A stretch of DNA of 64,000 nucleotides from Myxococcales bacterium (GTDB taxonomy: Bacteria; Myxococcota; B64-G9). The stretch spans positions 695-64,694 of the forward strand of contig JAAZNF010000085.1 of NCBI GenBank assembly GCA_012798435.1, in the 5' to 3' direction. The notes under the pieces were generated by a model, which had not been told where the DNA came from, did not search any database, and was given only the letters and a program-made list of their open reading frames with translations. Below, one piece after another: positions 19,326-28,558 of the stretch (its first letter is position 1; each line of letters opens with the position of its first letter). The translations under genes were made by a program, and so were the position numbers.

Positions 19326-19729
19326 CCAGCACCCATCCTGCCCCCGCGGACAAATCCAAAATACCACCCGGGCCGCGGGCGGACAATGCTCATCTTGAAG
19401 AAATCAGGCCATCGGCCGAAACCTCCGGCAAAGAAAAGCGGAAAAGACCCTGGAAAAGCGCTGACAATAGAAGGGATAAGGCGAAGGAGAAGGGGAGGAT
19501 AATTCGAAGAAATTCGCGGACAAGGAACATCACTCGAATTCTTTGCTTTTCCCTTCCGTAGGTTTTTTGTGGTTTTTCTTATGAGCTAGTTTTCGCGGGA
19601 TTTTTTGCCAGAAAGACATCCCGGAGATTTCGCGCGGCCGCTTGGCCCTTGCCCGCCGGGGCCAGATCACGCAGAATACCCTCCGGGCCGGACCGGCGGC
19701 CCGAACGACGGGGAGGAGGAGAGAGAGAC

Positions 19730-22579
19730 ATGACGCGCCGTGGCTGGTCGATGCTGGCGATGGTGGTCCTGTGCCTGGCCGCGCTCCCCGCCGGGGCGGT
19801 GCCGGCGCCGCCGTTCCCCATTCAGCTCCAGCAGCCCGACGGGAGCTCGTTCACGGGCTACCTGCGGGGCGACGAGTTCTTGTCCTGGGCCGAGGACATG
19901 CTGGGGTACTCCCTGGTGCGCGACCCGACCGACGGCTTTCTGCGCTACGCCGTCCAGGGCCCGGACGGGAACCTCATCCCCACGGTGTACCTGCCGGGGA
20001 AGGACGACCCGCGCCGCTTGCCGCTGGTCCCCGGGACCAGGCCATCCAAGGAGGCCATCCGCCGGGTGGTGGACTACAAGCGTACGCTGCTTGCGCCCAA
20101 GGCGCCGGGCGCCAAGTGGTCGGGCGACATCCCCAACCTGGTCATCCTGGTCAAGTTCTCCAACCAGACCAGCCACTTCACCAAGGCCCAGTTCGACCCG
20201 ATCATGAACGGAAGCGCAGGCTCGGTGAAGGCATACTACCGCGAGATCTCCTACAACGCCTGGAACATCAACTCCACCATCACCGACTGGATCTCGCTGT
20301 CCCGCGAGGACCAGTACTACGCCTACAACAGCCAGTACCCCTACGGCCACCCCGAGGAGATGATTCGTGAGGCGATCACCTACCTCAACGGGCAGAACTT
20401 CGACTTCACCCGCTTCGACAGCAACCACGACGGCGTCATCGACGCGGTAGACGTGATCCACTCCGGCTACGGCTACGAATACTCCAACAACCAGGCCCAC
20501 ATCCACTCGCACTTCGCCTACCTGTCCTGGACCGGTAGCGAGATCACCACCCACGACGGCATCCGCATCGTAGCCTACCACACCGAGCCCGAGTACCGAT
20601 CGGACATGACCAACATCACCCAGATCGGCGTCATCGTCCACGAGTCGGGGCACTTCTTCGGGCTGCCGGATCTCTACGACTACGACTACGACTCGGGCGG
20701 GGTGGGCTTGTGGTGCCTGATGTCCGGCGGGCCCTGGGCCGGCCCCAACATGGATGGCACCGTGCCCACCCACCTTTCGGCCTGGGGCAAGTACCAGCTG
20801 GGCATGGCGCAGCCGACCTGGATCCAGAGCACCGCCACCGGGCAGACCCTCCCCCCGGTCGAGAGCAACTCCAACATGATCCGGGTGAACTACCAGATGC
20901 CCGTAAACCAGTACTTCCTCCTGGAGAACCGCCAGAAGACGGGCTTCGACGCCTACCTCCCCGCGAGCGGCCTGCTCATCTACCACGTGGACGATGGCCA
21001 GTCCGACAACAACAACCAGAACCGCTACCTGGTGGACGTGGAGCAGGCCGACGGCCTGCGCCAGCTCAACACCGATCCGTACAACTGGGGCGACAGTGGC
21101 GATCCCTGGCCGTACGGCAGCAACACCAGTTTCGGCCCGAGCACCACGCCCAACACCAAGGCCTACGGGGCCAGCACCTCGCAGATCACCATCGGAAACA
21201 TCCAGCGCTCGGGCTCCAACATGACCTTCGACGTGGTACTGGGAAGCTCCACCGGGAGCTACCTCTCGCTCAACCCGGCCCAGCTCTCCTTTTCCGGTAG
21301 CGAAGGCGGCGCGGCTCCGGCCTCACAGAGCATCCAGGTGGCCCACCAGGGCACCTCGGCCCTGTCATGGACCGCTCAGAGCCAGGCCGCCTGGGTCACG
21401 GTGAGCCCGACCTCGGGCACCACCCCCGGCTCGGCCAGCATCTCGGTGAACCTCTCTGGTCTCGCCGCCGGAAACTACGAGGGACGGGTGCGCTTCAGCG
21501 CGCCCGCCGCGCTCAACTCGCCCCAGGATCTCGTGGTGCGCTTGCAGGTCAACGCCAACCCGGTGGTCATCGCGGTTGCGCCCTCCCGGCTCGACTTCAG
21601 CGCGCCGCAGGGCAGCAACGCCACCCCGCAGTCCGTGAACGTGACCAACGCCGGCGGCGGCGTGCTCAACTGGACCATCGAGGCCGAGGGGAGCTGGTAC
21701 AACCTGTCGGCCTTTCAAGGCCAGGCCCCGAGCCAGGTGACGGTGAGCCCCATGTCGGCCGGTCTCTCGGTGGGGACCTACCCCGGCGCGCTGGTGTTCA
21801 AGGCGCCCGGCGCCGCCGACGTGCGGCTGCCCATGACGCTCACCGTGAACACCAGCGCCGAGCTGTCGGTGGACCCGCGCGCGCTCACCTTCCAGACGGT
21901 GGTGGGCGGCGCCGTCACGCCCGCGCAGCGGCTCTCGGTGCTCAACCTGGGGACCGGGAGCATGGACTGGACCGCCTACTGCACTCCCGCCTGGCTGCTT
22001 TGCGATCCGGTGGCGGGCAGCGGCAACGGCGTAGTCCAGGTGCGCGCCGATCCTTCCGGCATGCCCGAGGGAGGCTACCAGGGCCGCATCCTGGTGACCG
22101 CCCCCGGCGCCGCGGGCAGCCCGATCGAGATCCCGGTCCAGCTGCTGGTGCAGAAATTGATGTCTCCGACGGCGCCGGTTCCGCTCAGCCCGGTGGGCGG
22201 GGCCGAGGTCCCCGACGCGCAGCCGGAGCTCACGCTGCAGAACGCTACCGATCCCGGCGGATTTCCGCTCAGCTACGTCTTCGAGGTCTACCCCGCGGGC
22301 GGCGCCACGCCGGTGTGGGTGAGCGATCCGGTGCCCGAGGGCGCGGGCGGTATCACCTCGGTCATCACCGAGAAGCTCGATTCGCAGGCCACCTACGAAT
22401 GGCGCGTCCAGGCCCAGAACAGCCAGGGCCTGTCCGGGCCGTTCTGCGAGCGCGCCGTGTTCAGCGTGACCGCCTCCTCGGGCGCCGGCTGCTCCTGCGG
22501 GACGAGCGGCGGCGGGGCGCTCTCGCTGCTCGTACTTGCGCCGCTGATTTTCCTCGGGCGCCGGCGTTCTCGGCGCTGA
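19730..22579 (+). CDS. M6 (immune inhibitor A-like) metalloprotease with BACON-like repeats and MYXO-CTERM tail
   Basis: QPDG..GDE prodomain, HESGHFFGLPDLY, CLMSGG, ENRQ; three BACON-like repeats; GCSC-TM-RRR. Confidence 0.9.
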   Translation: MTRRGWSMLAMVVLCLAALPAGAVPAPPFPIQLQQPDGSSFTGYLRGDEFLSWAEDMLGYSLVRDPTDGFLRYAVQGPDGNLIPTVYLPGKDDPRRLPLVPGTRPSKEAIRRVVDYKRTLLAPKAPGAKWSGDIPNLVILVKFSNQTSHFTKAQFDPIMNGSAGSVKAYYREISYNAWNINSTITDWISLSREDQYYAYNSQYPYGHPEEMIREAITYLNGQNFDFTRFDSNHDGVIDAVDVIHSGYGYEYSNNQAHIHSHFAYLSWTGSEITTHDGIRIVAYHTEPEYRSDMTNITQIGVIVHESGHFFGLPDLYDYDYDSGGVGLWCLMSGGPWAGPNMDGTVPTHLSAWGKYQLGMAQPTWIQSTATGQTLPPVESNSNMIRVNYQMPVNQYFLLENRQKTGFDAYLPASGLLIYHVDDGQSDNNNQNRYLVDVEQADGLRQLNTDPYNWGDSGDPWPYGSNTSFGPSTTPNTKAYGASTSQITIGNIQRSGSNMTFDVVLGSSTGSYLSLNPAQLSFSGSEGGAAPASQSIQVAHQGTSALSWTAQSQAAWVTVSPTSGTTPGSASISVNLSGLAAGNYEGRVRFSAPAALNSPQDLVVRLQVNANPVVIAVAPSRLDFSAPQGSNATPQSVNVTNAGGGVLNWTIEAEGSWYNLSAFQGQAPSQVTVSPMSAGLSVGTYPGALVFKAPGAADVRLPMTLTVNTSAELSVDPRALTFQTVVGGAVTPAQRLSVLNLGTGSMDWTAYCTPAWLLCDPVAGSGNGVVQVRADPSGMPEGGYQGRILVTAPGAAGSPIEIPVQLLVQKLMSPTAPVPLSPVGGAEVPDAQPELTLQNATDPGGFPLSYVFEVYPAGGATPVWVSDPVPEGAGGITSVITEKLDSQATYEWRVQAQNSQGLSGPFCERAVFSVTASSGAGCSCGTSGGGALSLLVLAPLIFLGRRRSRR

Positions 22580-22613
22580 ACCCCCTCTTCAGGAGACGCC
22601 CGCGTCCGCCGGC

Positions 22614-23627
22614 ATGCCCATCGCGCAGCCCATCGAAGCCGCAAGCGCACCCCTCCCCCGACGCCGGAACATCTCGCGGCTGCGCTTGCTTGTCCAACTC
22701 CTGTCCTTCGCGGTCTTGCTCTACGGCGGGTTTGCCCTGGTGGGCCTGCCGGGCGGCGGGGCGGGCGAGTCGGGCGAGTCGGGCGTGAAGCTGGTGAGCC
22801 ACGAGAAGAGCGCCACCCGGCTCTACCTCCCGGCCACGGTGTGCATCTACCAGCGGCAGGGGCTGTGCCGCGGCTGCGGCCTGTTCCTGCTCTCGGACAC
22901 CCTCAGCTACTGGCCGCTCTTCGAACAGGCGCTGCCCTGGCTGCTCATCCTGACGGGGCTGCTCCTGCTGGGCGCGCGCGTGTGGTGCGGCTGGGTGTGC
23001 CCGCTGGGGTTGCTCTCCGACCTGATGACCCGGCTGCGCGAGGGCCTGGGTTTCGCGCGGCTGCGCCCGTCGCCACGCCTGCGGCGCGGGCTGGTGGTGA
23101 CCAAGTACGTGCTCTTGTTCTCCGCGCTCGGGATCGCCGCCCTGGCCTCGCTGCCGGCCATGGAGTCGGCGCGCTCGAGCCTCTCGGAGCCTTTCTGCCG
23201 CATCTGTCCGGCGCGGGTGTTCACCCCCTTGCTCACCTTCGACCCCATCTGCTGGACCGATACCACCGACGCCATCACCATGAGCTTCTCCGTCCTCGGC
23301 CTCATCGCCTTCGGCCTGTACTTCGCCGGTCTACTGGTGCGGCGTTTCTGGTGCCGGCTGTGCCCGGTGGCGGCCATCAGCGTGCCCTTCAACCGTACCG
23401 GCCTTCTGGGCCTGCACAAGGACGGCGGCCGCTGCACCCACTGCGGCGCCTGCCGGCGGGTGTGCCCCATGGACATCCAGCGGGTGTACCGGGCGCGGGG
23501 GCGCGATATGGTGACCGACTACGAGTGCACCCTGTGCCTGCGCTGCGTGGAGGCCTGTCCCGAGGAGGACTGCCTGCAGTTCTTGTATCTGGGAAAACCC
23601 GTGGCGAGGTCGGGCCTTCGTGAATGA
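22614..23627 (+). CDS. NapH/MauN-type membrane 4Fe-4S binding protein
   Basis: CGWVCP, CRICP, CRLCP, two CxxCxxCxxxCP motifs. Confidence 0.88.
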   Translation: MPIAQPIEAASAPLPRRRNISRLRLLVQLLSFAVLLYGGFALVGLPGGGAGESGESGVKLVSHEKSATRLYLPATVCIYQRQGLCRGCGLFLLSDTLSYWPLFEQALPWLLILTGLLLLGARVWCGWVCPLGLLSDLMTRLREGLGFARLRPSPRLRRGLVVTKYVLLFSALGIAALASLPAMESARSSLSEPFCRICPARVFTPLLTFDPICWTDTTDAITMSFSVLGLIAFGLYFAGLLVRRFWCRLCPVAAISVPFNRTGLLGLHKDGGRCTHCGACRRVCPMDIQRVYRARGRDMVTDYECTLCLRCVEACPEEDCLQFLYLGKPVARSGLRE

Positions 23628-24789
23628 AAAGAACACAGGGCCGGGTCGGACAACCCCCGCGGGTATGAAAGCCTTCGACGACTTTCTGCGGGACGGCTGG
23701 GCCCTCCGCCCGACCGAGGGAGATCGGCCGCTCGTGATCCAGCTTTGCGATTTCGCGCCCGAAGAGCTGCTGCGAGCCGTCGGTGCGCGCGCCGTGCGCC
23801 TCTCCTCCGGGTGCCGCCGCTGCGCCGAGCGGGTGAGCGCCGACCTGCCGCTCGACATGTGCGGCGCGGCGCGGGCGGCGGCGGGCGAGCTCAAGGAGGC
23901 GCTGGAGGCCGGCGTCCGGCCCGAGCTTCTGATCGTGCCCATCACCTGCGACGCCCAGCGCCGACTGGCCCGGTGGCTTTCCGGAAAGGTCGAGGTCTTC
24001 TTGCTGGAGCCGCCCTTCGCGCGGGACGAGGGGGGGATCGAACGCTGGGTGCGGCAGATTGGGGCCCTGGCGCGCCGGCTCTCGCGTATCGCCCCGCTCA
24101 CGCGCGCAGCGCTGCGGCGTGCCATCGAGGAGCGCAACCGGAGCGTGCTGCTGGCCCGGCGGCTGCAGGACTTTTTGCGCCTGGCGGCTCCGCCCATCCA
24201 CGGGCTGGACGTGATCCGGGTCCTTCAGGCCAGCCAGCGCATGGAGCCGGAGGCGTGGCGGGCGCGGCTGGCCGAGCTCATCGAGGAGCTGGCGAGGCCT
24301 GGCGATCCCGTTGCAGCGGGGAGGGCCCGGTTGCTCCTCGCCGGCTCGCCCGGGGCCTGGCCCGACCTCAAACTAGGAGAACTGATCCGGGAGAGCGGCG
24401 CCGATCTGGTCGCCGACATGACTTGTTCCGGCGGCAACATCCTGGGAAGTCCGACGGTGCTCGACGAGACCACCCTGGAGGGCATGATCCGGGCGGCGGC
24501 GGAGCGGACGCTGCTCCCGTGCGTATGCCCCATCTTCGACTCGATGAGCGAGCGGCTGGACCGCCTGGCGCGCTTGGTAGCGGACTTCCGGGTGGAGGGC
24601 GTGGTCCACCATACCCTGCGGCTGTGCCTGCCCTGCGACGGCGAGATCCCGGCCCTGGCCGCCTGGTGCCGGGAGCGCGATCTGCCGTTTCTGTCGCTGC
24701 GCTCGGATCTGGGGCCAGAAGAGAGCGGGGGGCTGCGCAACCGCCTCGAGGCCTTCCTGGAGGTCATTGCCGCCGCGCGCGGCGCTTGA
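23620..24789 (+). CDS. 2-hydroxyacyl-CoA dehydratase (HgdAB/FldBC/double-cubane)-family protein
   Basis: C..APEEL, TCD, RLLLAGSP, CSG, VEGVV....C, LRNRLEAFLE. Confidence 0.8.
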   Translation: MNEKNTGPGRTTPAGMKAFDDFLRDGWALRPTEGDRPLVIQLCDFAPEELLRAVGARAVRLSSGCRRCAERVSADLPLDMCGAARAAAGELKEALEAGVRPELLIVPITCDAQRRLARWLSGKVEVFLLEPPFARDEGGIERWVRQIGALARRLSRIAPLTRAALRRAIEERNRSVLLARRLQDFLRLAAPPIHGLDVIRVLQASQRMEPEAWRARLAELIEELARPGDPVAAGRARLLLAGSPGAWPDLKLGELIRESGADLVADMTCSGGNILGSPTVLDETTLEGMIRAAAERTLLPCVCPIFDSMSERLDRLARLVADFRVEGVVHHTLRLCLPCDGEIPALAAWCRERDLPFLSLRSDLGPEESGGLRNRLEAFLEVIAAARGA

Positions 24790-25276
24790 GGTGGGCGCCC
24801 AGCAACAGCAGCGCCCCGACCGGCAGAAGCCCGATCACCGCCAGCAGGAGCGTGCGGCGCGCCGGGGAGGCGGTCTTCACCTTGACCGTGCCGACGTCGA
24901 TGAAGTCGCCGGTCTCCAGGCTCGCCCCCGGCGTGGCATCGACCAGCAGATCGAAGCGCCGAAGCTCGCCACGGTTTGCGCTGGTGATGGAGATCGTCGC
25001 CGGAAAGCGCCGGGCCTGCGTCTCCGGGCGGCGCATCACCGTGACCGAGAAACTGAAGCGGTCGCCGGGCTCTACCCGCGGGATCGTCGCCGGCGTGGCG
25101 CTGCCGTCGCAACTTTCGGCCTGGACCAGCAGGCGCACGTCCAGGAGCGGGTAGGGGAGGGTGTTGCGCCCCAGGATCTCGATCGAGCGGGCCTGGCCCG
25201 TCAGGGGAATGACGCCGCGCTCCGGGATCACCGAGATCGAGAACCAGCCGAGCCACAGGGCCAAGATTACCGACAT
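24764..25276 (-). CDS. Hypothetical membrane-anchored protein
   Basis: Hydrophobic N- and C-termini; follows the ankyrin gene. Confidence 0.55.
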   Translation of the reverse strand: MSVILALWLGWFSISVIPERGVIPLTGQARSIEILGRNTLPYPLLDVRLLVQAESCDGSATPATIPRVEPGDRFSFSVTVMRRPETQARRFPATISITSANRGELRRFDLLVDATPGASLETGDFIDVGTVKVKTASPARRTLLLAVIGLLPVGALLLLGAHLKRRARRQ

Positions 25277-25286
25277 GGCGGTGGCC

Positions 25287-26099
25287 TCAAGGCGGTGGGA
25301 CGACCATCTGCATGGGCGTCCGTCCGCTGTGATCGCGGGCCATCACGTTGGCACCGGCCTGGATGAGGGCATCGGCCACGTCCGGCGTCGCGGCCAGGTG
25401 GAAGGGCGTCATGCCGCGCTCGTCTTGCGCTTCCAACTCGGCTCCGGCCCGCAGCAGGAGGCGCACGATCTCCGGGTGGGCCGCCTCGTGCAGCGGCGTC
25501 AGCCCGTAGCGGTTGCGCGCGTTGGGATCGGCCCCGGCGGCCAGCAGCCGGCGGGCGGCCTCCAGCTGGCCCGCCAGCGCCGCCCAGTGGAGGGGTGTCA
25601 TGCCGTTTCGCGTCGGCGCGGACACGTTGGCGCCGCGCTCGAGCAGAAAACGCAGCATGTCCGACTGCCCCCGGATGGCCGCGCAGTGGAGCGGGGTGAA
25701 CCCTGGCCGGCTGGTCGCCTCCAGCTCGGCCCCGCTCTCGAGCAGCAGCTCGGCCACCCGCGGATCCGCGGCCAGGTGGAGAGGTGTAAATCCCAGCTCG
25801 TCGGCCGCGCCGGGAGGCTCCCCGGCGTCGAGCAACACCCGGGCCGCCGCCGCTGAGCGCGCCAGGTGGAGCGGCGACAGCCCGAAGGGCCCGCGGCGCT
25901 CCGCTTTGCTCCCGGACAGCTCGCGGGTCAGCTCGTCCAGGTCGCCCCGCCAGGCGGCGCGGTGGAGTGCGGGAAGCTCGTCCAGCGTCGGCGCGCGCGG
26001 GTAGAAGTCGAACGGCAGCATTTCCGGGGAGCCGCAGGCCGAAACGGCAGCCAGCAGCAGCAGCGGCGGGAAGCGAGAGAGGAGGGACGCGGGGTTCAC
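25287..26099 (-). CDS. Ankyrin-repeat lipoprotein
   Basis: Lipobox VSAC; repeated GxTPLHxAA. Confidence 0.9.
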   Translation of the reverse strand: MNPASLLSRFPPLLLLAAVSACGSPEMLPFDFYPRAPTLDELPALHRAAWRGDLDELTRELSGSKAERRGPFGLSPLHLARSAAAARVLLDAGEPPGAADELGFTPLHLAADPRVAELLLESGAELEATSRPGFTPLHCAAIRGQSDMLRFLLERGANVSAPTRNGMTPLHWAALAGQLEAARRLLAAGADPNARNRYGLTPLHEAAHPEIVRLLLRAGAELEAQDERGMTPFHLAATPDVADALIQAGANVMARDHSGRTPMQMVVPPP

Positions 26100-27077
26100 T
26101 CAGTAGGCCACCAGGGTGGTGCCCTCCTTGCCTTCCAGCGCCGCGGGGATGCTCTCGATGTCGGTGATGATGACCCGGTTCTTGGGGTCGGCCTGGATGA
26201 ACTCGATGGCGGCCTGGATCTTCGGCCCCATGGAGCCGGGCGGGAATTCCCCGGCCTGCAAGTAGTAGCGCGCCTCGGCCAGCGTCATGCGAGGGAACTC
26301 CTTCTGGTCGGGTTTGCCGAAGCGCACCGCCACCTTCTTGACGCCGGTGACGATCACCAGGGTGCGGGCGCCCACCGACAGGGCGATCTTCATGGTGGCC
26401 AGATCCTTGTCGATCACGCAGTCCATGCCCTCGATGGTGCCGTCCTTCTCGTAGAACACCGGGATGCCGCAGCCGCCGCCGGTGATGACCACGTAGCCCT
26501 GGCCGATCAGGCTGCGGATGGCCTCCTTCTCGATGATGTCCAGCGGGTAGGGCGAGGCCACGTAGCGCCGCCAGCCGCGCCCGGCGTCCTCTTTGAGGAT
26601 CCAGCCCTTGGTCCGGGCCAGCGCCTTGGCCTCCTCGGCGCTGTAGAACTTGCCGATGGGCTTGGTGGGATCCTGGATGGCCGGGTCGTGCGGATCCACT
26701 ACCACCTGCACCGGCAGGGTCACCACGTTGCGCCAGATGCCGGCGCGGATCATCATGTTCTGCAGGCACTGCTCCAACATGTAGCCGATGGAGCCGCAGG
26801 TCATGGCGTCGGCCACCCCGAGCGGGGTCTCCGGCACCTCGTCCTTGGCCTTGTCCACCATCAGCATCACCGCCCCCACCTGGGGGCCGTTGCCGTGGGT
26901 GATGATGAAGTTGAAGCCCTTCTGGAGCAGGTTCACCACCGGGCCCATGCTGGCGCGGGCGTTGGCGAACTGCTCGTGGATGTCGCCCTTCTGGCCTTTC
27001 TTGTGCAGGGCGTTGCCGCCCAGGGCCAGTACGATGAGGTGTTCCGGGTTGATCGCTTGAGACTGTGGCTTGTGCAT
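26100..27077 (-). CDS. arcC: Carbamate kinase
   Basis: ALGGNAL, THGNGPQVG, PTKPIG, IDKD, GSMGPK. Confidence 0.95.
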   Translation of the reverse strand: MHKPQSQAINPEHLIVLALGGNALHKKGQKGDIHEQFANARASMGPVVNLLQKGFNFIITHGNGPQVGAVMLMVDKAKDEVPETPLGVADAMTCGSIGYMLEQCLQNMMIRAGIWRNVVTLPVQVVVDPHDPAIQDPTKPIGKFYSAEEAKALARTKGWILKEDAGRGWRRYVASPYPLDIIEKEAIRSLIGQGYVVITGGGCGIPVFYEKDGTIEGMDCVIDKDLATMKIALSVGARTLVIVTGVKKVAVRFGKPDQKEFPRMTLAEARYYLQAGEFPPGSMGPKIQAAIEFIQADPKNRVIITDIESIPAALEGKEGTTLVAY

Positions 27078-27143
27078 GGCGAACCTCCGAAGCCCCCAGT
27101 GTAGCCAAATCCAAGGTCCGGATCACGTTTTTTGCCGGGGGCC

Positions 27144-28166
27144 TCAGGCCCAGGCGTCGCTGGCGTCGAGGCGGGCGATCTGCTCGCGCAGGTCCTGCAC
27201 CTCGCGCTGCCAGTACTGCAGGGTTCCAAAGTGGGCGAAGGTGTGGCGGAAGATGGGGTCCTCGATACGGCGCGCGATCCAGGTGGAGTAGTGGATGAAG
27301 CGCAGCGCTCGCAGCGGCTCGACCAGGCGCAGCCAGCTCGGCGAGAAGTCGCGCAGCTCGGCGTAGGCCTCGCACAGCAGGCGGCGTTGGCGCTGGCCGT
27401 CGGCGTCGAAACTGGGCGCGAGCAGCCACACGTCCTGCGCCGCCGGGCCGGTCAGCATGTCGTCGAAGTCGAGGAAGGTCGGCCCGCGCGGCGTCCAGAT
27501 CAGGTTGTTGAGGTGGCAATCGCCGTGGATGCGGTGGGTGGGGACATCCAGAAACAACGGCCGGATGCGGCCGAGCAGCGTCTCGACGGTGGCGGCGTAG
27601 ATGTCGCGCACCTCGGGTGGCAGCGCGTTCAGCGAGAGCAGGACGTCGAGGTTTCGCTTGCCGTAGGTCTCGGGATCGAGGCGCATGCGGTGTGGCGCCT
27701 CGCGCCGGGCGCCTACGTTGTGGATGCGCGCCGCCAGGTGGCCCAGGAGGCGGATCTCTTCGTCGGTGAGCTCCTGCTGGACCCGGCCGCCGATGCGAGG
27801 AAAGAGCGCGTAGCGGATGCCGTTCACCTCACCCAGCGTGCGGCCGGGCTCGAGCTCGATGGGGCAGGCCACCGGGATCTCCTCCTCGGCGAGCTCGAAG
27901 AGGAAGCGGTGCTCGTCCAGGATGGTCTGCTCCGACCAGCGGCCCGGGCGGTAGAACTTTCCCACCACCATGGACTCGTCGTCCAGTTCGAGCTGCCATA
28001 CCCGGTTCTCGAAGGAGTTGAGGACCAGGAAGCGCCCGGTGCAGCGCCGACCGCCGGCCTCCACCGCATCGAGCACCGCCTCGGGGGTGAGCCGGTGAAA
28101 GACCTCGGCCAGGGGGTGATCGGCCAGGCGCTCGGTGGCGGGCGCGCTCGGGGCGGTGGGGTCCAT
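27144..28166 (-). CDS. srkA: SrkA/RdoA-type Ser/Thr kinase
   Basis: LNSFENRV, KFYRPGRWS, HGDCH.NN, DFDD, GPA.QD.W, DP.F. Confidence 0.88.
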   Translation of the reverse strand: MDPTAPSAPATERLADHPLAEVFHRLTPEAVLDAVEAGGRRCTGRFLVLNSFENRVWQLELDDESMVVGKFYRPGRWSEQTILDEHRFLFELAEEEIPVACPIELEPGRTLGEVNGIRYALFPRIGGRVQQELTDEEIRLLGHLAARIHNVGARREAPHRMRLDPETYGKRNLDVLLSLNALPPEVRDIYAATVETLLGRIRPLFLDVPTHRIHGDCHLNNLIWTPRGPTFLDFDDMLTGPAAQDVWLLAPSFDADGQRQRRLLCEAYAELRDFSPSWLRLVEPLRALRFIHYSTWIARRIEDPIFRHTFAHFGTLQYWQREVQDLREQIARLDASDAWA

Positions 28167-28197
28167 GCGCTCCTCGTGTTTCCGAAAGCGGGCGGGG

Positions 28198-28226
28198 ATT
28201 GTGAAGGTTCGCGCCGGGTCTGTCAA
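28198..28226 (-). promoter_or_regulatory. sigma70-type promoter of srkA
   Basis: TTGACA-N17-CACAAT. Confidence 0.55.
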
Positions 28227-28558
28227 CGGCGAACTCGCCTGACCGCACCTGTCATATTTTGGACAATATTCTCTCGGGCGCGGCTGCTTGACGGCGGGTC
28301 CTCCTAACTGCTCGCCGCAGAGCCGGCTCCGCTGCATGGAGGACCCGCCTGGCGCGCCGCGCCACCACAGATTTCAAAATCGCTCAATCGATTTGCAGTA
28401 TTTGTGAGGTGCGGTCAGCGAACTCGTATTCTTGAGGGGCTTTCATCCCTCGGCGCGGCCGTTGCTCGATGCGTCGTTCTGCGTTAGAAATTGTTGGAGT
28501 CCACCTCGGCGCGGCATGGCGTGCCGGGGATGCGAAATTTTTCCTCGGAGGTCGGATC

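Noticed and set aside
17172..19367. In-frame TGA joining the protease and DedA
   Set aside because: The protease ends in a complete sorting tail; adjacency is due to a TTG start call
25287..27077. In-frame TGA between arcC and the ankyrin ORF as selenocysteine readthrough (selA is present)
   Set aside because: arcC is complete and the downstream ORF has its own lipoprotein signal; no SECIS-like hairpin recognised
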